A stretch of DNA of 64,000 bases from Blastocatellia bacterium (GTDB lineage: Bacteria; Acidobacteriota; Blastocatellia; UBA7656), in the NCBI GenBank assembly GCA_963765495.1, contig CAVXWP010000008.1, forward strand, positions 416,001 to 480,000, in the 5' to 3' direction. The notes below the pieces were generated by a model. It was not told the origin of the DNA, ran no database searches, and saw only the letters and a program-made list of their open reading frames with translations. This document shows positions 10,409 through 20,323 of this stretch, piece by piece. The position numbers and the translations under genes were made by a program. Within the stretch, counting starts at the first letter, position 1. Each line of letters begins with the position of its first letter.

Positions 10409-10478
10409 TTGACCCAAAGAGATAAGCCGACTTTATCAGTGGACTTTGGGAACCAACCATTCACGTTTAGGAGGAAGG

Positions 10479-12371
10479 ATGATTAACAGCCCCGGATCGC
10501 GTATTTCAGCGGTCAAGTTCTTTTTGTTTATAAACACATTTCTTGTTTTTGCGGTCATTGCCCCCTCTGACATCCGGGCGCAGCCGCCGGACCCGATCAG
10601 TTATTCGTTGCGATTCCCGGCCCCACATACACACTATGTCACGGTAGAGGCCATGGTGCCTACAGACAAGCGGCCACGAATCGAAATGATGATGGCTGTC
10701 TGGACGCCGGGCTCTTATCTTGTGAGAGAGTTTGAACGCAATGTTGAGGACTTGAAGGCCAGGACATTCGAGGGCAAGCCTCTTGATGTTCATAAAACGT
10801 TAAAGAACAGGTGGGTTTTTGAGACCGGCGGCTCACCGTCGATCATCATCTCTTACAGGGTCTATTGCCACGAAATGTCGGTTCGAACCAACTGGGTAGA
10901 TGCGGGATTCGCGCTTCTCAACGGCGCTCCGACCTTCATGACGCTGGTCGAGGATGGAAAGCGGCCACACGATGTACAGGTATACCTGCCGCCGGGATGG
11001 ACCCAGTCGCTTACGGGACTGCCCGAGATGCCGGGCGGGGGAGTCAATCATTACATCGCAAAGGATTTCGACACGCTCGTCGATTCCCCAATAGTTGCGG
11101 GCAATCCGGCTGTCTACGAATTTGAAGTGGCGGGTAAGAAACACTTTCTTGTAAACGTAGGCGAGGGGGGAGTGTGGGACGGCCCCAGATCGGCAAAGGA
11201 TGTTGAGAAAATAGTCCGCGAAAACCTCAAGTTATGGGGATTTCTCCCTTACGACAAATATCTTTTCCTGAACATGATTGTCGAATCGGGCGGAGGTCTT
11301 GAGCACAAGAATTCTACGGTGATGATGACCAGCCGGTGGGCGACGAGGACCGAGCGGCGCTATAAGGGATGGCTCGGACTGGTGAGTCACGAATATTTCC
11401 ACGCCTGGAATGTGAAGCGACTGAGGCCGGTCGAGCTTGGCCCGTTCAATTATGAAACCGAGGTCTACACAAAGAGCCTTTGGATAGCCGAGGGAATCAC
11501 AAGCTATTACGGTGAGCTTCTATTGCGGCGCGCCGGGCTGATCACACAGGATGATTATCTTGAGGGCCTTTCAAATGACGTTGCCCAGTTGCAAAACACA
11601 CCGGGCCGGCTGGTTCAGCCCGTTGAGATGGCATCATACGACGCGTGGATAAAGGCCTACCGCCCGGATGAAAATTCGACAAACACCGAGATCAGTTATT
11701 ACACAAAAGGATCGGTGCTTGGGTTTCTGCTCGACGCCAGGATAAGACACGCAACCAATGGTGCTAAGAGCCTCGACGACGTGATGAGACTGGCCTATCA
11801 GCGATATTCCGGCGAGCACGGATATACGCCGCAGGATTTTCAAAAGACAGCTTCCGAAGTTGCCGGGACTGATTTGAGTAGCTGGTTTAAGAAGTCCCTT
11901 GAGACCACCGAGGAACTGGACTATACAGAGGCTCTCGACTGGTTTGGATTGGAGTTCAAGAATCCTTCGGAGACCAAAAAACAGGAGGCTGCCGGTAAGG
12001 AGGAGCCCGCCGAAAACAACGCGCCTGAGAAAAAGGGGAAGGCGTGGCTCGGGGTGAACACAAGAGTTAATGACGGCCGCATAGTGGTGACTCAGATTCG
12101 ACGAGAGACACCGGCATACGACGCCGGGTTTAACGTGGACGATGAAATCCTCGCAGTAGATGATTATCGAGTCACGGCATCTCAGTGGCCATCGAGGCTC
12201 GAGCAGTACAAACCGGGCGACAAGATTTCGGTACTGGTCGCGAGGCGAGACCTTTTGATGAGAATAGAGACCACGCTCGGGACCGAACCTCTCAATCAGT
12301 GGAAACTTCAGGTAAAACCAAAAGCCACGGATGCGGACAAAATGCATTCAAAGGGATGGCTCGGGGCCTGA
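10479..12371 (+). CDS. M61 family metallopeptidase with C-terminal PDZ domain
   Basis: WTPGSY, GGGLEH, HEYFHAWNVKR, LWIAEG, SYYTKG, PDZ tail, signal peptide. Confidence 0.92.
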   Translation: MINSPGSRISAVKFFLFINTFLVFAVIAPSDIRAQPPDPISYSLRFPAPHTHYVTVEAMVPTDKRPRIEMMMAVWTPGSYLVREFERNVEDLKARTFEGKPLDVHKTLKNRWVFETGGSPSIIISYRVYCHEMSVRTNWVDAGFALLNGAPTFMTLVEDGKRPHDVQVYLPPGWTQSLTGLPEMPGGGVNHYIAKDFDTLVDSPIVAGNPAVYEFEVAGKKHFLVNVGEGGVWDGPRSAKDVEKIVRENLKLWGFLPYDKYLFLNMIVESGGGLEHKNSTVMMTSRWATRTERRYKGWLGLVSHEYFHAWNVKRLRPVELGPFNYETEVYTKSLWIAEGITSYYGELLLRRAGLITQDDYLEGLSNDVAQLQNTPGRLVQPVEMASYDAWIKAYRPDENSTNTEISYYTKGSVLGFLLDARIRHATNGAKSLDDVMRLAYQRYSGEHGYTPQDFQKTASEVAGTDLSSWFKKSLETTEELDYTEALDWFGLEFKNPSETKKQEAAGKEEPAENNAPEKKGKAWLGVNTRVNDGRIVVTQIRRETPAYDAGFNVDDEILAVDDYRVTASQWPSRLEQYKPGDKISVLVARRDLLMRIETTLGTEPLNQWKLQVKPKATDADKMHSKGWLGA

Positions 12372-12407
12372 TTTCTAAAATGTCATTCAGGAAATTTGGA
12401 ATAGGGT

Positions 12408-12487
12408 ACGGATGACACGGATCGGGCGGATAAACACGGGGTAGACCTTATTTGATTTAGTCCGCGTAATTCCACCCAATCCGTGGT
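12408..12487. repeat. Second copy of the CGGAT-periodic intergenic palindromic element
   Basis: ACGGATGACACGGATCGGGCGGATAAACACGG aligns with 5160-5193. Lies between convergent genes. Confidence 0.7.
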
Positions 12488-12493
12488 CTGTTT

Positions 12494-13477
12494 CTATTCG
12501 CCATTTTTTGGATTTCCCGCCTGTCTTGACTTTCGCTGTAACTCCCGGAGCCTTCGGTATCCAATCCGTTTTATCCCCTGAGATTCAAGCAAGCGACGTA
12601 TCCCTTCATCGGTTGTAAAGAGCCTGTGTTCGGTGGCACGCATCTGCCAGGAACCAGTAATGTGCTGCATCTCTTCGCCAGCAAGCGCAGCGTGGATATA
12701 GAGTTCGGTGACTCCGGGTTTCAACTCGCTCAGTATGCGGGGCCAGTAGGCTTCGACCGACTCTCCGGGTTTTCGCATGTCGTGAATCAGGTAGTCAGGA
12801 TAGATAATCCCATCTTCATCGAGCTGGCCACGCTGATGTCCCCCGCCCCCGGCAACCAGTTGGTCCTGAGACGCCATCCTGATCGGCAGATCAAACTCCT
12901 TCGCAAGCCGCCTGTACATCTGGAAATACTGCTCGTTGTACTGCATGGTGCCCATGTGCGAATCCAGATGCGTGACATCTATCCCTGCGGCCAGCGCTTT
13001 TTGAATCTGCGCGCGAGCTTCGATATAAGCCTGCTCGGGTGTGGAATTCTTATAAACTCTTTCGACATCAGGCCACAAATATCCCTGCGGATCAACGAGG
13101 CCGGGCACCTCCGATTTAGAAGCAACAGGTCCCCACTTGTAATGCTTCCACTCGCTTGTCTGAACGAGGTGTAATCCAAAATCAGCCTCCGGGTGAGTCA
13201 CGGCGTAATCCGCAATCTCAAGAAACCACGGGCACGGAACCATAATGCTCCCGCTTGTGATCAGCCCGTGCTCCATCCCGTCAATAGTCGCGGCATTCGA
13301 CGCGTGGCTCATGCCTACATCATCGCCGTTGACGATCAGAATTTTATCGTTCTTGTTAAAGCCCAGACGCTCGGCCAGGGTCAATTTGCCGGATTGGGGA
13401 TCTTTCTTATTCTGGAAGGCAAAAGCCGATAACAGGGGCGTGAGGACAAGGAAAATCAGTAAAGCCAGGATTCTCAT
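12494..13477 (-). CDS. YdjC/ChbG family carbohydrate deacetylase, exported
   Basis: LIVNGDDVGM, GLHL, THLDSHMG, signal peptide. Confidence 0.85.
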   Translation of the reverse strand: MRILALLIFLVLTPLLSAFAFQNKKDPQSGKLTLAERLGFNKNDKILIVNGDDVGMSHASNAATIDGMEHGLITSGSIMVPCPWFLEIADYAVTHPEADFGLHLVQTSEWKHYKWGPVASKSEVPGLVDPQGYLWPDVERVYKNSTPEQAYIEARAQIQKALAAGIDVTHLDSHMGTMQYNEQYFQMYRRLAKEFDLPIRMASQDQLVAGGGGHQRGQLDEDGIIYPDYLIHDMRKPGESVEAYWPRILSELKPGVTELYIHAALAGEEMQHITGSWQMRATEHRLFTTDEGIRRLLESQGIKRIGYRRLRELQRKSRQAGNPKNGE

Positions 13478-13527
13478 CTTTCAATATCCTTTCTTCTAAT
13501 ATTTCCGTTCATTCACCGCAGTGATGC

Positions 13528-14007
13528 TTACTCCTGAGGTCGCGCGGGAACAAGCAACCTGAGCATCCAGAGCATCAGACAACCCGTTGCCGCTCCAAAC
13601 AGAGTGCCGGCACCGATGCCAAGCGTCAGATGCCCCAGTATGTGACGCACGTGGTATATATCATCTCCGGGCGCGGAAAATTCGGGCGCGGTGTAGATAT
13701 TATTTATCCCGGTAATGACTGCAAAGAGTATCGCAAGAATAACAAGCACCTGCCCCCAGGCGACCAGGAGAAAGGATGAGAGAACAACGCTCGGATAGCT
13801 GCCATACACCTTCATGTGGATAATGAATACGGCGAGCAGGACCGAAAGCGAAGCCGCTCCGGTCACGCTGAACAGGTGCACGAGCCCCGGCGATACGCCT
13901 GCCGAGTCAAGCACGAGCCTCAAAATCCAGACCGCCGCGATAAACCCAAAAAGAGGCGTCAGCATATGTAAATGGTCGGCCAGCCCGTGCTCTCCGATTC
14001 TCATCAT
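13528..14007 (-). CDS. Hypothetical membrane protein with about 4 TM segments
   Basis: Four hydrophobic stretches, 10 bp downstream of the PP2C gene. Confidence 0.7.
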   Translation of the reverse strand: MMRIGEHGLADHLHMLTPLFGFIAAVWILRLVLDSAGVSPGLVHLFSVTGAASLSVLLAVFIIHMKVYGSYPSVVLSSFLLVAWGQVLVILAILFAVITGINNIYTAPEFSAPGDDIYHVRHILGHLTLGIGAGTLFGAATGCLMLWMLRLLVPARPQE

Positions 14008-14017
14008 ATCCCCCTAT

Positions 14018-14959
14018 TCAGCTTTCAATCGCCCTCACAATCAAGAGCGTCATATCATCTTCAAGTTCTTTGCCCGACCAGCTACTGACTGCGTCAAGCA
14101 CAAGCCTCTGGATTGCAGCAAGCGGCTTTTTCGCATGGGCTTCGATCAAGGCCGCAAGCCTCTGTTCCCCGAATTCATCTCCGATTGCCGATGTCGCCTC
14201 CGTTATGCCGTCAGAGTATAACACCACGATGTCTCCCGGCAGCATTTCAACCGTCCCGGTCTCGAATTGCGCTTCCGGGAACATACCAAGCGGCATGCCC
14301 CCTTTATCCAGTTGCTGGCCGCGACACGAACCCGCAAGGATGGGCAAGAGGTGCCCGGCATTTATGTAGGAGAGCCGTCGCCGGGAAGGGTCGAACTCGG
14401 CATAGAAGAACGTCGCGAACTTTGAATCATCAGTCACCTGATGAAGGTGACGATTCAGCCGCGAGCAGACTTCACAAGGCGTCTGAGATGATTGAGCCAG
14501 CGTGCGCAGAACCGCCTGTAGGTTGGCCATGATTATCGCCGCCGATATTCCTTTTCCGCTTATGTCGGCGATGGCAAAGATAAGCCTGCCGTCGGGCAAT
14601 TGCATCACATCATAATAATCCCCGCTTATCCCTCGGGCAGGGATGCAGATGGCTGAAAACTCAAGCCCTTCGCTTGGCAAATGTCTGGGAAAGAGCGCCC
14701 TCTGCACCTCCCTCGCAAAATTCAACTCTGCTTCCTTCCGCGCAAGCTGGTGACGGCTCGCCTGGAGTTCCAGCCTCACTCGATAGAGCGATGCAAGAAG
14801 AACAGCCGCCGCCGTCGTGCCGCCAAATGTCAGCCCCCACGTAATCAGCACCGATTGTTGAAGAAGATTCCGCCCCAGAAAAAGGAGCAGGCCCGCGCCC
14901 AGCAGAAAGCCGATCAAATAAACTCTGTCTCTATTCTCTTTTACCAGGGAGTTTTCCAT
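14018..14959 (-). CDS. Membrane-anchored PP2C/SpoIIE (RsbU-like) Ser/Thr phosphatase
   Basis: Two N-terminal TMs, SGDYYD, IADISGKG, INAGH, LYSDG, EDDMT. Confidence 0.92.
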   Translation of the reverse strand: MENSLVKENRDRVYLIGFLLGAGLLLFLGRNLLQQSVLITWGLTFGGTTAAAVLLASLYRVRLELQASRHQLARKEAELNFAREVQRALFPRHLPSEGLEFSAICIPARGISGDYYDVMQLPDGRLIFAIADISGKGISAAIIMANLQAVLRTLAQSSQTPCEVCSRLNRHLHQVTDDSKFATFFYAEFDPSRRRLSYINAGHLLPILAGSCRGQQLDKGGMPLGMFPEAQFETGTVEMLPGDIVVLYSDGITEATSAIGDEFGEQRLAALIEAHAKKPLAAIQRLVLDAVSSWSGKELEDDMTLLIVRAIES

Positions 14960-14974
14960 AACCGTAGATTCGGG

Positions 14975-17368
14975 CTAAAACCTTCGCTTCTCTTCATCCA
15001 ACACCTGCGCTACGAGTTCAAACTCTTCTCTTAGCCGCTTGATGAGGGATACTGCTTCGGGTCCTACAGTGATCGAGTGTTCATCTTCAAGGGCTTCGCA
15101 AATCTCCTTCATTCGCCCGGCCCCAAGTGTCAGGCAACTGCCCTTTAGCGCGTGGGCCGCCTGTTTTATAGTCTTCCCATCCCGGTCAGCAAGCGCGCTC
15201 TCAAGAGTCGCTATCCGTTTTGGCGCGTCCGCAAGAAAAATGTTTAGCAACTCGATCACAAGTCCACGGTTGCCTGCGCCTGCAAACTTTGAAAATTCAT
15301 CCAGGACGGCAAGATCAACCGCCTGCTCTTTTGCCGTCCCTTTGATTGCTTGATCGGGTCTCTCTTGAGGTTTGTCCGCCACAGACGCACCCCATCGGCC
15401 AAGCACCCGCATCAAGTCTGCGGGCCGTATAGGTTTGCTGATGTAGTCATCCATGCCCGCTTCAAGACACCTCTCCCGATCACCCTGCATAGCGTTTGCC
15501 GTCATCGCTATTATCGGGATATGGCCTAAATCGCCTTCACGGCTTCGAATTTCAGCCGTAGCTTCATAACCATCCATCACAGGCATCTGACAATCCATCA
15601 AGATTAGATCAAAGGTTTCATTCTCAAACGCACCAAGCGCATCCGAGCCGTTTGACGCGGCGCGGACGCTGTGGCCAAGTTTCTGAAGTTGCACAAGCGC
15701 GATCTGCTGGTTGACCGGATTATCTTCGACAAGAAGGATGCGCGCGGGTCGTGAATTCGCGCTCTCAATGTAGGCGGAGACGGCAGCGGCTGCGCGCTCT
15801 TCCTCAAGTGCCGGGTCAGTGATTGATCGTTCCTCAAACAATACCGTGAACCAGAATGTGGCCCCCTCACCCGGCTTGCTGATGACGCCGATCTCGCCTC
15901 CCATCATCTCGACAAGCTGCTTTGAGATTGCGAGTCCAAGCCCGGTTCCTCCAAACTTGCGAGTCGTGGAAGTGTCCGCCTGAATAAAGGGTTGGAACAA
16001 TCGTTTACAAGCCTCTTCGGAAATCCCTATGCCGGTATCTTTGACCTCAAACCTTATTCGGATTTGAGAATCGAGCGTTTCAGTGGGCTCGACGCGGAGG
16101 ATGATCTCTCCCTTCTGGGTGAATTTTATGGCGTTTCCCAGCAGATTCATGAGCACCTGCCGCAATCGAGTAGGGTCACCGCCTACGATCATCGGCACGT
16201 CCTCGTGGATCTGCGGCCACATCTCGACCCCTTTTATGTGGGCCTGCTCTCTCAAAAGAGTTATGACGCTTTCAATGGTTTCGCGCAGGTTGAATGTCAC
16301 AGTTTCGAGCGATAGCTTTCCTGCCTCTATCTTTGAAAAATCGAGAATGTCGTTGATTATGGTCAAAAGCGTCTCGGCGCTTGTTTGTGCTGTCTCAGCA
16401 TACTTGCGCTGTTGTTCGTCAAGACCGGTTTCAAGCAATAGGTCGGTCATCCCAATGACGCCGTTCATCGGGGTGCGTATCTCGTGGCTCATCATGGCTA
16501 GAAACCCTGACTTTGCGCGACTCGCTTCGAGCGCGACCTCTCTTGCGGAGATCAAATCTCGTTCAAGGTTCTTTCTCCGTGTAATGTCGCGGACAATCGC
16601 AAGAACCTCTTCGCGCCCGCATCCTGCTATCCTGATTTCATAATCGCGCAACTCATCGCGTCTTGGGAATCGGAATTCGAATAACTCAAGCAGATTACCT
16701 TCAAGCACTCGAACCACACATTCCATTATCTGATCTGAGAGCTCTTCCGGCAGGACAGACGATATATTTTTCCCCACTACCCCCGACAATAAAGAGAGAT
16801 GATCGCCCCCCTTTCTCATTCTGCAATCAAGGATGTTTCCGTCCCTGCTCAATTGCAACATTATGTCCGGGATCGCATCCAACAGGGCGCGGTTACGCGC
16901 TTCGGCCCGGCGAAGCGCTTCTTCGGCGCGGGCGAGTCGCTCATAATCGAGGCTTTTCTCCCTCGCCTTCTGAGCCAGTGGCTGCACCTCTTCGTAATCG
17001 AATCTGAGCGGCTCGATGACAAGTATGTCTTTCCCATCCAGGTAAAGAGCCGACAATTCGATCTGTCTCTCATTGCCTTCTGTATCATTCTCTGCCCACG
17101 CGCCGGATTTTATACGGCCTTCAACCTTTTTCTTCCAGAAAGAATCAGCCTCTTCGAGAAAATATTCCACGAAGTAAAACTTCTCCTGTGGCCTTAATCC
17201 GTGACGGCTGGCACGACTCTCCGGGTAGAGGCGGACAAACCAGTCCGGGATCGCACTGATCGCATTGAAAGAGCCGTCATCATTGCGTTCAAATACAACC
17301 ATGTCGAAGGCGGCCAAAACGTTTTCAAGCTTGGTTTCGTCTGTCATGCTATTTTGAGCTCTAATCAT
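14975..17368 (-). CDS. Cytoplasmic hybrid histidine kinase (N-terminal PAS-like, PAS, HisKA, HATPase, REC, Hpt)
   Basis: [47 protein letters not shown]. Confidence 0.94.
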   Translation of the reverse strand: MIRAQNSMTDETKLENVLAAFDMVVFERNDDGSFNAISAIPDWFVRLYPESRASRHGLRPQEKFYFVEYFLEEADSFWKKKVEGRIKSGAWAENDTEGNERQIELSALYLDGKDILVIEPLRFDYEEVQPLAQKAREKSLDYERLARAEEALRRAEARNRALLDAIPDIMLQLSRDGNILDCRMRKGGDHLSLLSGVVGKNISSVLPEELSDQIMECVVRVLEGNLLELFEFRFPRRDELRDYEIRIAGCGREEVLAIVRDITRRKNLERDLISAREVALEASRAKSGFLAMMSHEIRTPMNGVIGMTDLLLETGLDEQQRKYAETAQTSAETLLTIINDILDFSKIEAGKLSLETVTFNLRETIESVITLLREQAHIKGVEMWPQIHEDVPMIVGGDPTRLRQVLMNLLGNAIKFTQKGEIILRVEPTETLDSQIRIRFEVKDTGIGISEEACKRLFQPFIQADTSTTRKFGGTGLGLAISKQLVEMMGGEIGVISKPGEGATFWFTVLFEERSITDPALEEERAAAAVSAYIESANSRPARILLVEDNPVNQQIALVQLQKLGHSVRAASNGSDALGAFENETFDLILMDCQMPVMDGYEATAEIRSREGDLGHIPIIAMTANAMQGDRERCLEAGMDDYISKPIRPADLMRVLGRWGASVADKPQERPDQAIKGTAKEQAVDLAVLDEFSKFAGAGNRGLVIELLNIFLADAPKRIATLESALADRDGKTIKQAAHALKGSCLTLGAGRMKEICEALEDEHSITVGPEAVSLIKRLREEFELVAQVLDEEKRRF

Positions 17369-17427
17369 GCCGCAAGAGATCAGTAGTGATGAAAAGTTGT
17401 ATAGGGAAACCTGCTATGACAGCTTGA

Positions 17428-17922
17428 TCATTCGATCATCTTCCCGGCGAGTGCCGTAAAAAGGTCTTCAACACCCTCTCCCGACTTCGCGCTTGTCCGA
17501 ATAACTGACCATCCATTCTGCACCAGATTCTCGATAGAGTCTGAAGGCAGATCCCATTCCTCGTCCAGATCAATCTTGTTGATGGCAAGGATAAACGGGG
17601 CAGTCGCTATTGCCTCGCTTGCCTTCTCTTGAAGCTCCATAGCTTTGTCGAGCGTCCCCCTCCGGGTCGCATCTGCGACGAGCAGATACCCGGATGTCCC
17701 ACGCAGATATGATACTTTCAACTGCGAATACTCATCATCCCCGGCAAGGTCCCATAAGATCAAAGTCACTTCCTTCTGAGAGAGCTGGACCACTTTCTTC
17801 TCAATTTTCACCCCGACTGTCGTATGGTATTTTTCCGAGAAAATGCTCTTTACGTATCGAGCCACAAGGCTCGTCTTTCCAACCCCGGATGCACCTAGCA
17901 TACAGATTTTTTTCTGGAACAA
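17428..17922 (-). CDS. Rab/Ras-superfamily small GTPase (Rup-like)
   Basis: G1 GASGVGKT, G2 TTVG, G3 WDLAG, G4 NKID, G5 TSAK. TTG start with AAGGAG RBS. Confidence 0.92.
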   Translation of the reverse strand: MFQKKICMLGASGVGKTSLVARYVKSIFSEKYHTTVGVKIEKKVVQLSQKEVTLILWDLAGDDEYSQLKVSYLRGTSGYLLVADATRRGTLDKAMELQEKASEAIATAPFILAINKIDLDEEWDLPSDSIENLVQNGWSVIRTSAKSGEGVEDLFTALAGKMIE

Positions 17923-17934
17923 GGGTTAGCTCCT

Positions 17935-19701
17935 TTAGCGTGAGCCATCGGGTCTGTCCGCAAGGACTACTTTAACCCTGGCTTCCCGACCGTACCGTCT
18001 GTTTTGCGGCTCGGACGACGTTGCTCCATCATTGCCGTCGTCAACGTTGTTTGTATCAATACCCTTTGAGGAGAGCGCCGAGGTCAGGGCCTGAGCGCGG
18101 TCCTGACTAAGTCTCTGGTTTATGGCGTCGGGACCGCTCTTGTCGGTGTTGCCTGTCGTATTGATGCGAAGGCTCTTTCCTATTGAAGGGACTATCGCCT
18201 CAAGCCTTTTTATGTCCGTTATGAGCGCATCAAGTTCGATTTCCTGATCCGAAGGGAGTTCGGCGCTGCCGACAGCGAATTGGATGGCTCGACCCTCGAT
18301 CTGCTCTTTGAGTCTGTTGATCTCTCTCGTTATCCGCTCTCGATCAATCAGGTTGTCGTCTTTGTAGCCGTAAACCGAAGAGAGCACCTGAGAGAGCCTG
18401 CGCGATTCGGCAATCCAAGCTTCGGGGGCATTACCTTCGGCTACGAGGAATCCATCCTCGACCTTTAAGGTTACGGTGGGGGGAGGCTGGAGCAGTTTTG
18501 AAGCCCTCGCAAGAACAAATTCCGGGTTGGATGCCTGAAACGGTTCCCACCTGCTCACAACCTTGTCGGGCTCGACATTCGTCCCGTTTAAGAGAGCTAG
18601 GGGGTCGGCGGCAAGCGGATCTCTAAGCCCCGAGACAAGATGTTTCCCTCCCCGCTTCTCATCAGAAATCAGTATAATGCCGGGCTCGGATTTCAATTTT
18701 GCCAGATAGGCATCCCAGCGCCAGGCATCGCGAAAGTAAAAAAATGCCCAGAGACCGATTGCGAGGATCACCATCGCGGCCAGCACCCAGAAAAACGGGC
18801 TGCTCTTTTTCTCCTCTTCGACTATCGGAGTTTCGAGGCAGGCTTCAAGTCTGGGGCGGCAGGCTTCAAAGGGCTCGGTCTCTCCATCAAACATCTCAAA
18901 TGCATCGCGTTGTTCGACCTGGATGGCATCAAGCGTATCCTGTAACAGGTCCTGAAATCTTCGGGGCGCATTTCCTCGTACAGCCGCTGCGAGCATCGCC
19001 TGTGGTCCCTGCTCCAGCCAGCCCGTAAACTCACCAACCTTGAATTCATCGAGCGATTCGGACTCTCTCGCCCATTTTGAATCGTGGGCGAAATCCTGAA
19101 GCGCCGTAAGAAGCCCCGATAACATCTCAGGGTCCTGATCGCCTTCGGATTCTATCGGTACCTTTTGCAGCAGCAGTCCCGTCTCTCTGTGAATCAACAG
19201 GACGTGCTCTACCTTGTAGCGCATCGTGTGACTCAGGACCACTTCGGCAAATGACTTCCCCGATCTCAGGGCCTCGAGCCGCCATTTCAGTCCTTTGATT
19301 GAAATGCTGTATTCCAGGGTCTTATTCAGTGACTGAACCATCTCGCTGAAGGCGTTAGAGATGGCTTTGCGAATCGCCGGCCCCATGACTGGAAAGATCG
19401 CGTCTACGAGTCTCTGGGGATTCTTTTTTACAGATACAGAGATGGCTTCTTCGACCGAAGGCATAATCGCTCTGGTCAATTTATCATCTCTATCCGTACG
19501 CAATTTGACCGCGTCCGGCAACACGCGGCTCACATCCCGGGCATATTGCACGGGGTCGTCAAGCCTCTGCTGTAGTCTTCTGACCTGATTCAACTCCGGC
19601 CCGATCAGCAGACTGCGAAGCTCATCGAATTCCTCGGAGGCCGAGTCGGGTCTGTCTGCGCCGGTCTCTTCCGGGGAGGCCGGTGCAACTCTCTCAGCCA
19701 T
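17935..19701 (-). CDS. Bitopic membrane protein: cytoplasmic helical and longin/roadblock-like region, one TM, periplasmic OmpA-like peptidoglycan-binding domain
   Basis: TM FFWVLAAMVILAIGLWAFFYF. OmpA-like motifs IQFAVGSA, GNTDKSG, NQRLSQDRA. The ATG at 19701 overlaps the upstream stop. Confidence 0.8.
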   Translation of the reverse strand: MAERVAPASPEETGADRPDSASEEFDELRSLLIGPELNQVRRLQQRLDDPVQYARDVSRVLPDAVKLRTDRDDKLTRAIMPSVEEAISVSVKKNPQRLVDAIFPVMGPAIRKAISNAFSEMVQSLNKTLEYSISIKGLKWRLEALRSGKSFAEVVLSHTMRYKVEHVLLIHRETGLLLQKVPIESEGDQDPEMLSGLLTALQDFAHDSKWARESESLDEFKVGEFTGWLEQGPQAMLAAAVRGNAPRRFQDLLQDTLDAIQVEQRDAFEMFDGETEPFEACRPRLEACLETPIVEEEKKSSPFFWVLAAMVILAIGLWAFFYFRDAWRWDAYLAKLKSEPGIILISDEKRGGKHLVSGLRDPLAADPLALLNGTNVEPDKVVSRWEPFQASNPEFVLARASKLLQPPPTVTLKVEDGFLVAEGNAPEAWIAESRRLSQVLSSVYGYKDDNLIDRERITREINRLKEQIEGRAIQFAVGSAELPSDQEIELDALITDIKRLEAIVPSIGKSLRINTTGNTDKSGPDAINQRLSQDRAQALTSALSSKGIDTNNVDDGNDGATSSEPQNRRYGREARVKVVLADRPDGSR

Positions 19702-20323
19702 TGCCGAGTTCCTCCGAACCGGGGATCGTAAACTCATTATTCAGCCGCATCGCAAGCTCGTTAAACATCGCCGCAAGCGCCGACCGATCAGTCTTATCCG
19801 ATCTAAGCTCGGTCGCTTCGCGGTCGAGCGAGGCCCGTATCTCGTCGTGTTTTCGGCGGAGGTCGTCCGACAGGGTCTTTGACTGGTCGAGAATCTGGTC
19901 TCTCAGTTCGCGATGGCTCTGGTTTATCTGATCATCGATCTGCGCCGTCCTTTTCTCGAAATTCCTGGTCAACTCGCCAAGTTCGCGCGATAGTTGCTGG
20001 TCTGATCCGTCGCGTTCATCCCGTTCGGCCCTCAGCCGGTCGCCTAAAGAGGCCATCTCTCCCTTTATGTAAGCCTCCAGCGAATCGAGGCGCTGCCTTA
20101 CTTCGTCCCTGAGATCGGCAGAATCTTTTGCGAGTCGCTCTTCGAGACGGGCAAAACGCCTGTCGATCTCTTTTGCCTGCGATCCAAACAGAATATCTCT
20201 AATCTTGTCGAGGCTCCCAACATTTTGCTGTTCGCCACGATTCTCCACGTTTGGAGAAGAGGGGGCAGGCACAGCACTCTGCCCGTCCTGTGATGAAGGT
20301 TCCAGCATGCTTTCTTCTGTCAT
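19694..20323 (-). CDS. Coiled-coil protein, first gene of the GTPase operon
   Basis: Heptad-rich acidic/Arg helix, LDKIRDILFG and DRSALAAMFNELAMRL, AAGGAG RBS. Confidence 0.8.
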   Translation of the reverse strand: MTEESMLEPSSQDGQSAVPAPSSPNVENRGEQQNVGSLDKIRDILFGSQAKEIDRRFARLEERLAKDSADLRDEVRQRLDSLEAYIKGEMASLGDRLRAERDERDGSDQQLSRELGELTRNFEKRTAQIDDQINQSHRELRDQILDQSKTLSDDLRRKHDEIRASLDREATELRSDKTDRSALAAMFNELAMRLNNEFTIPGSEELGNG

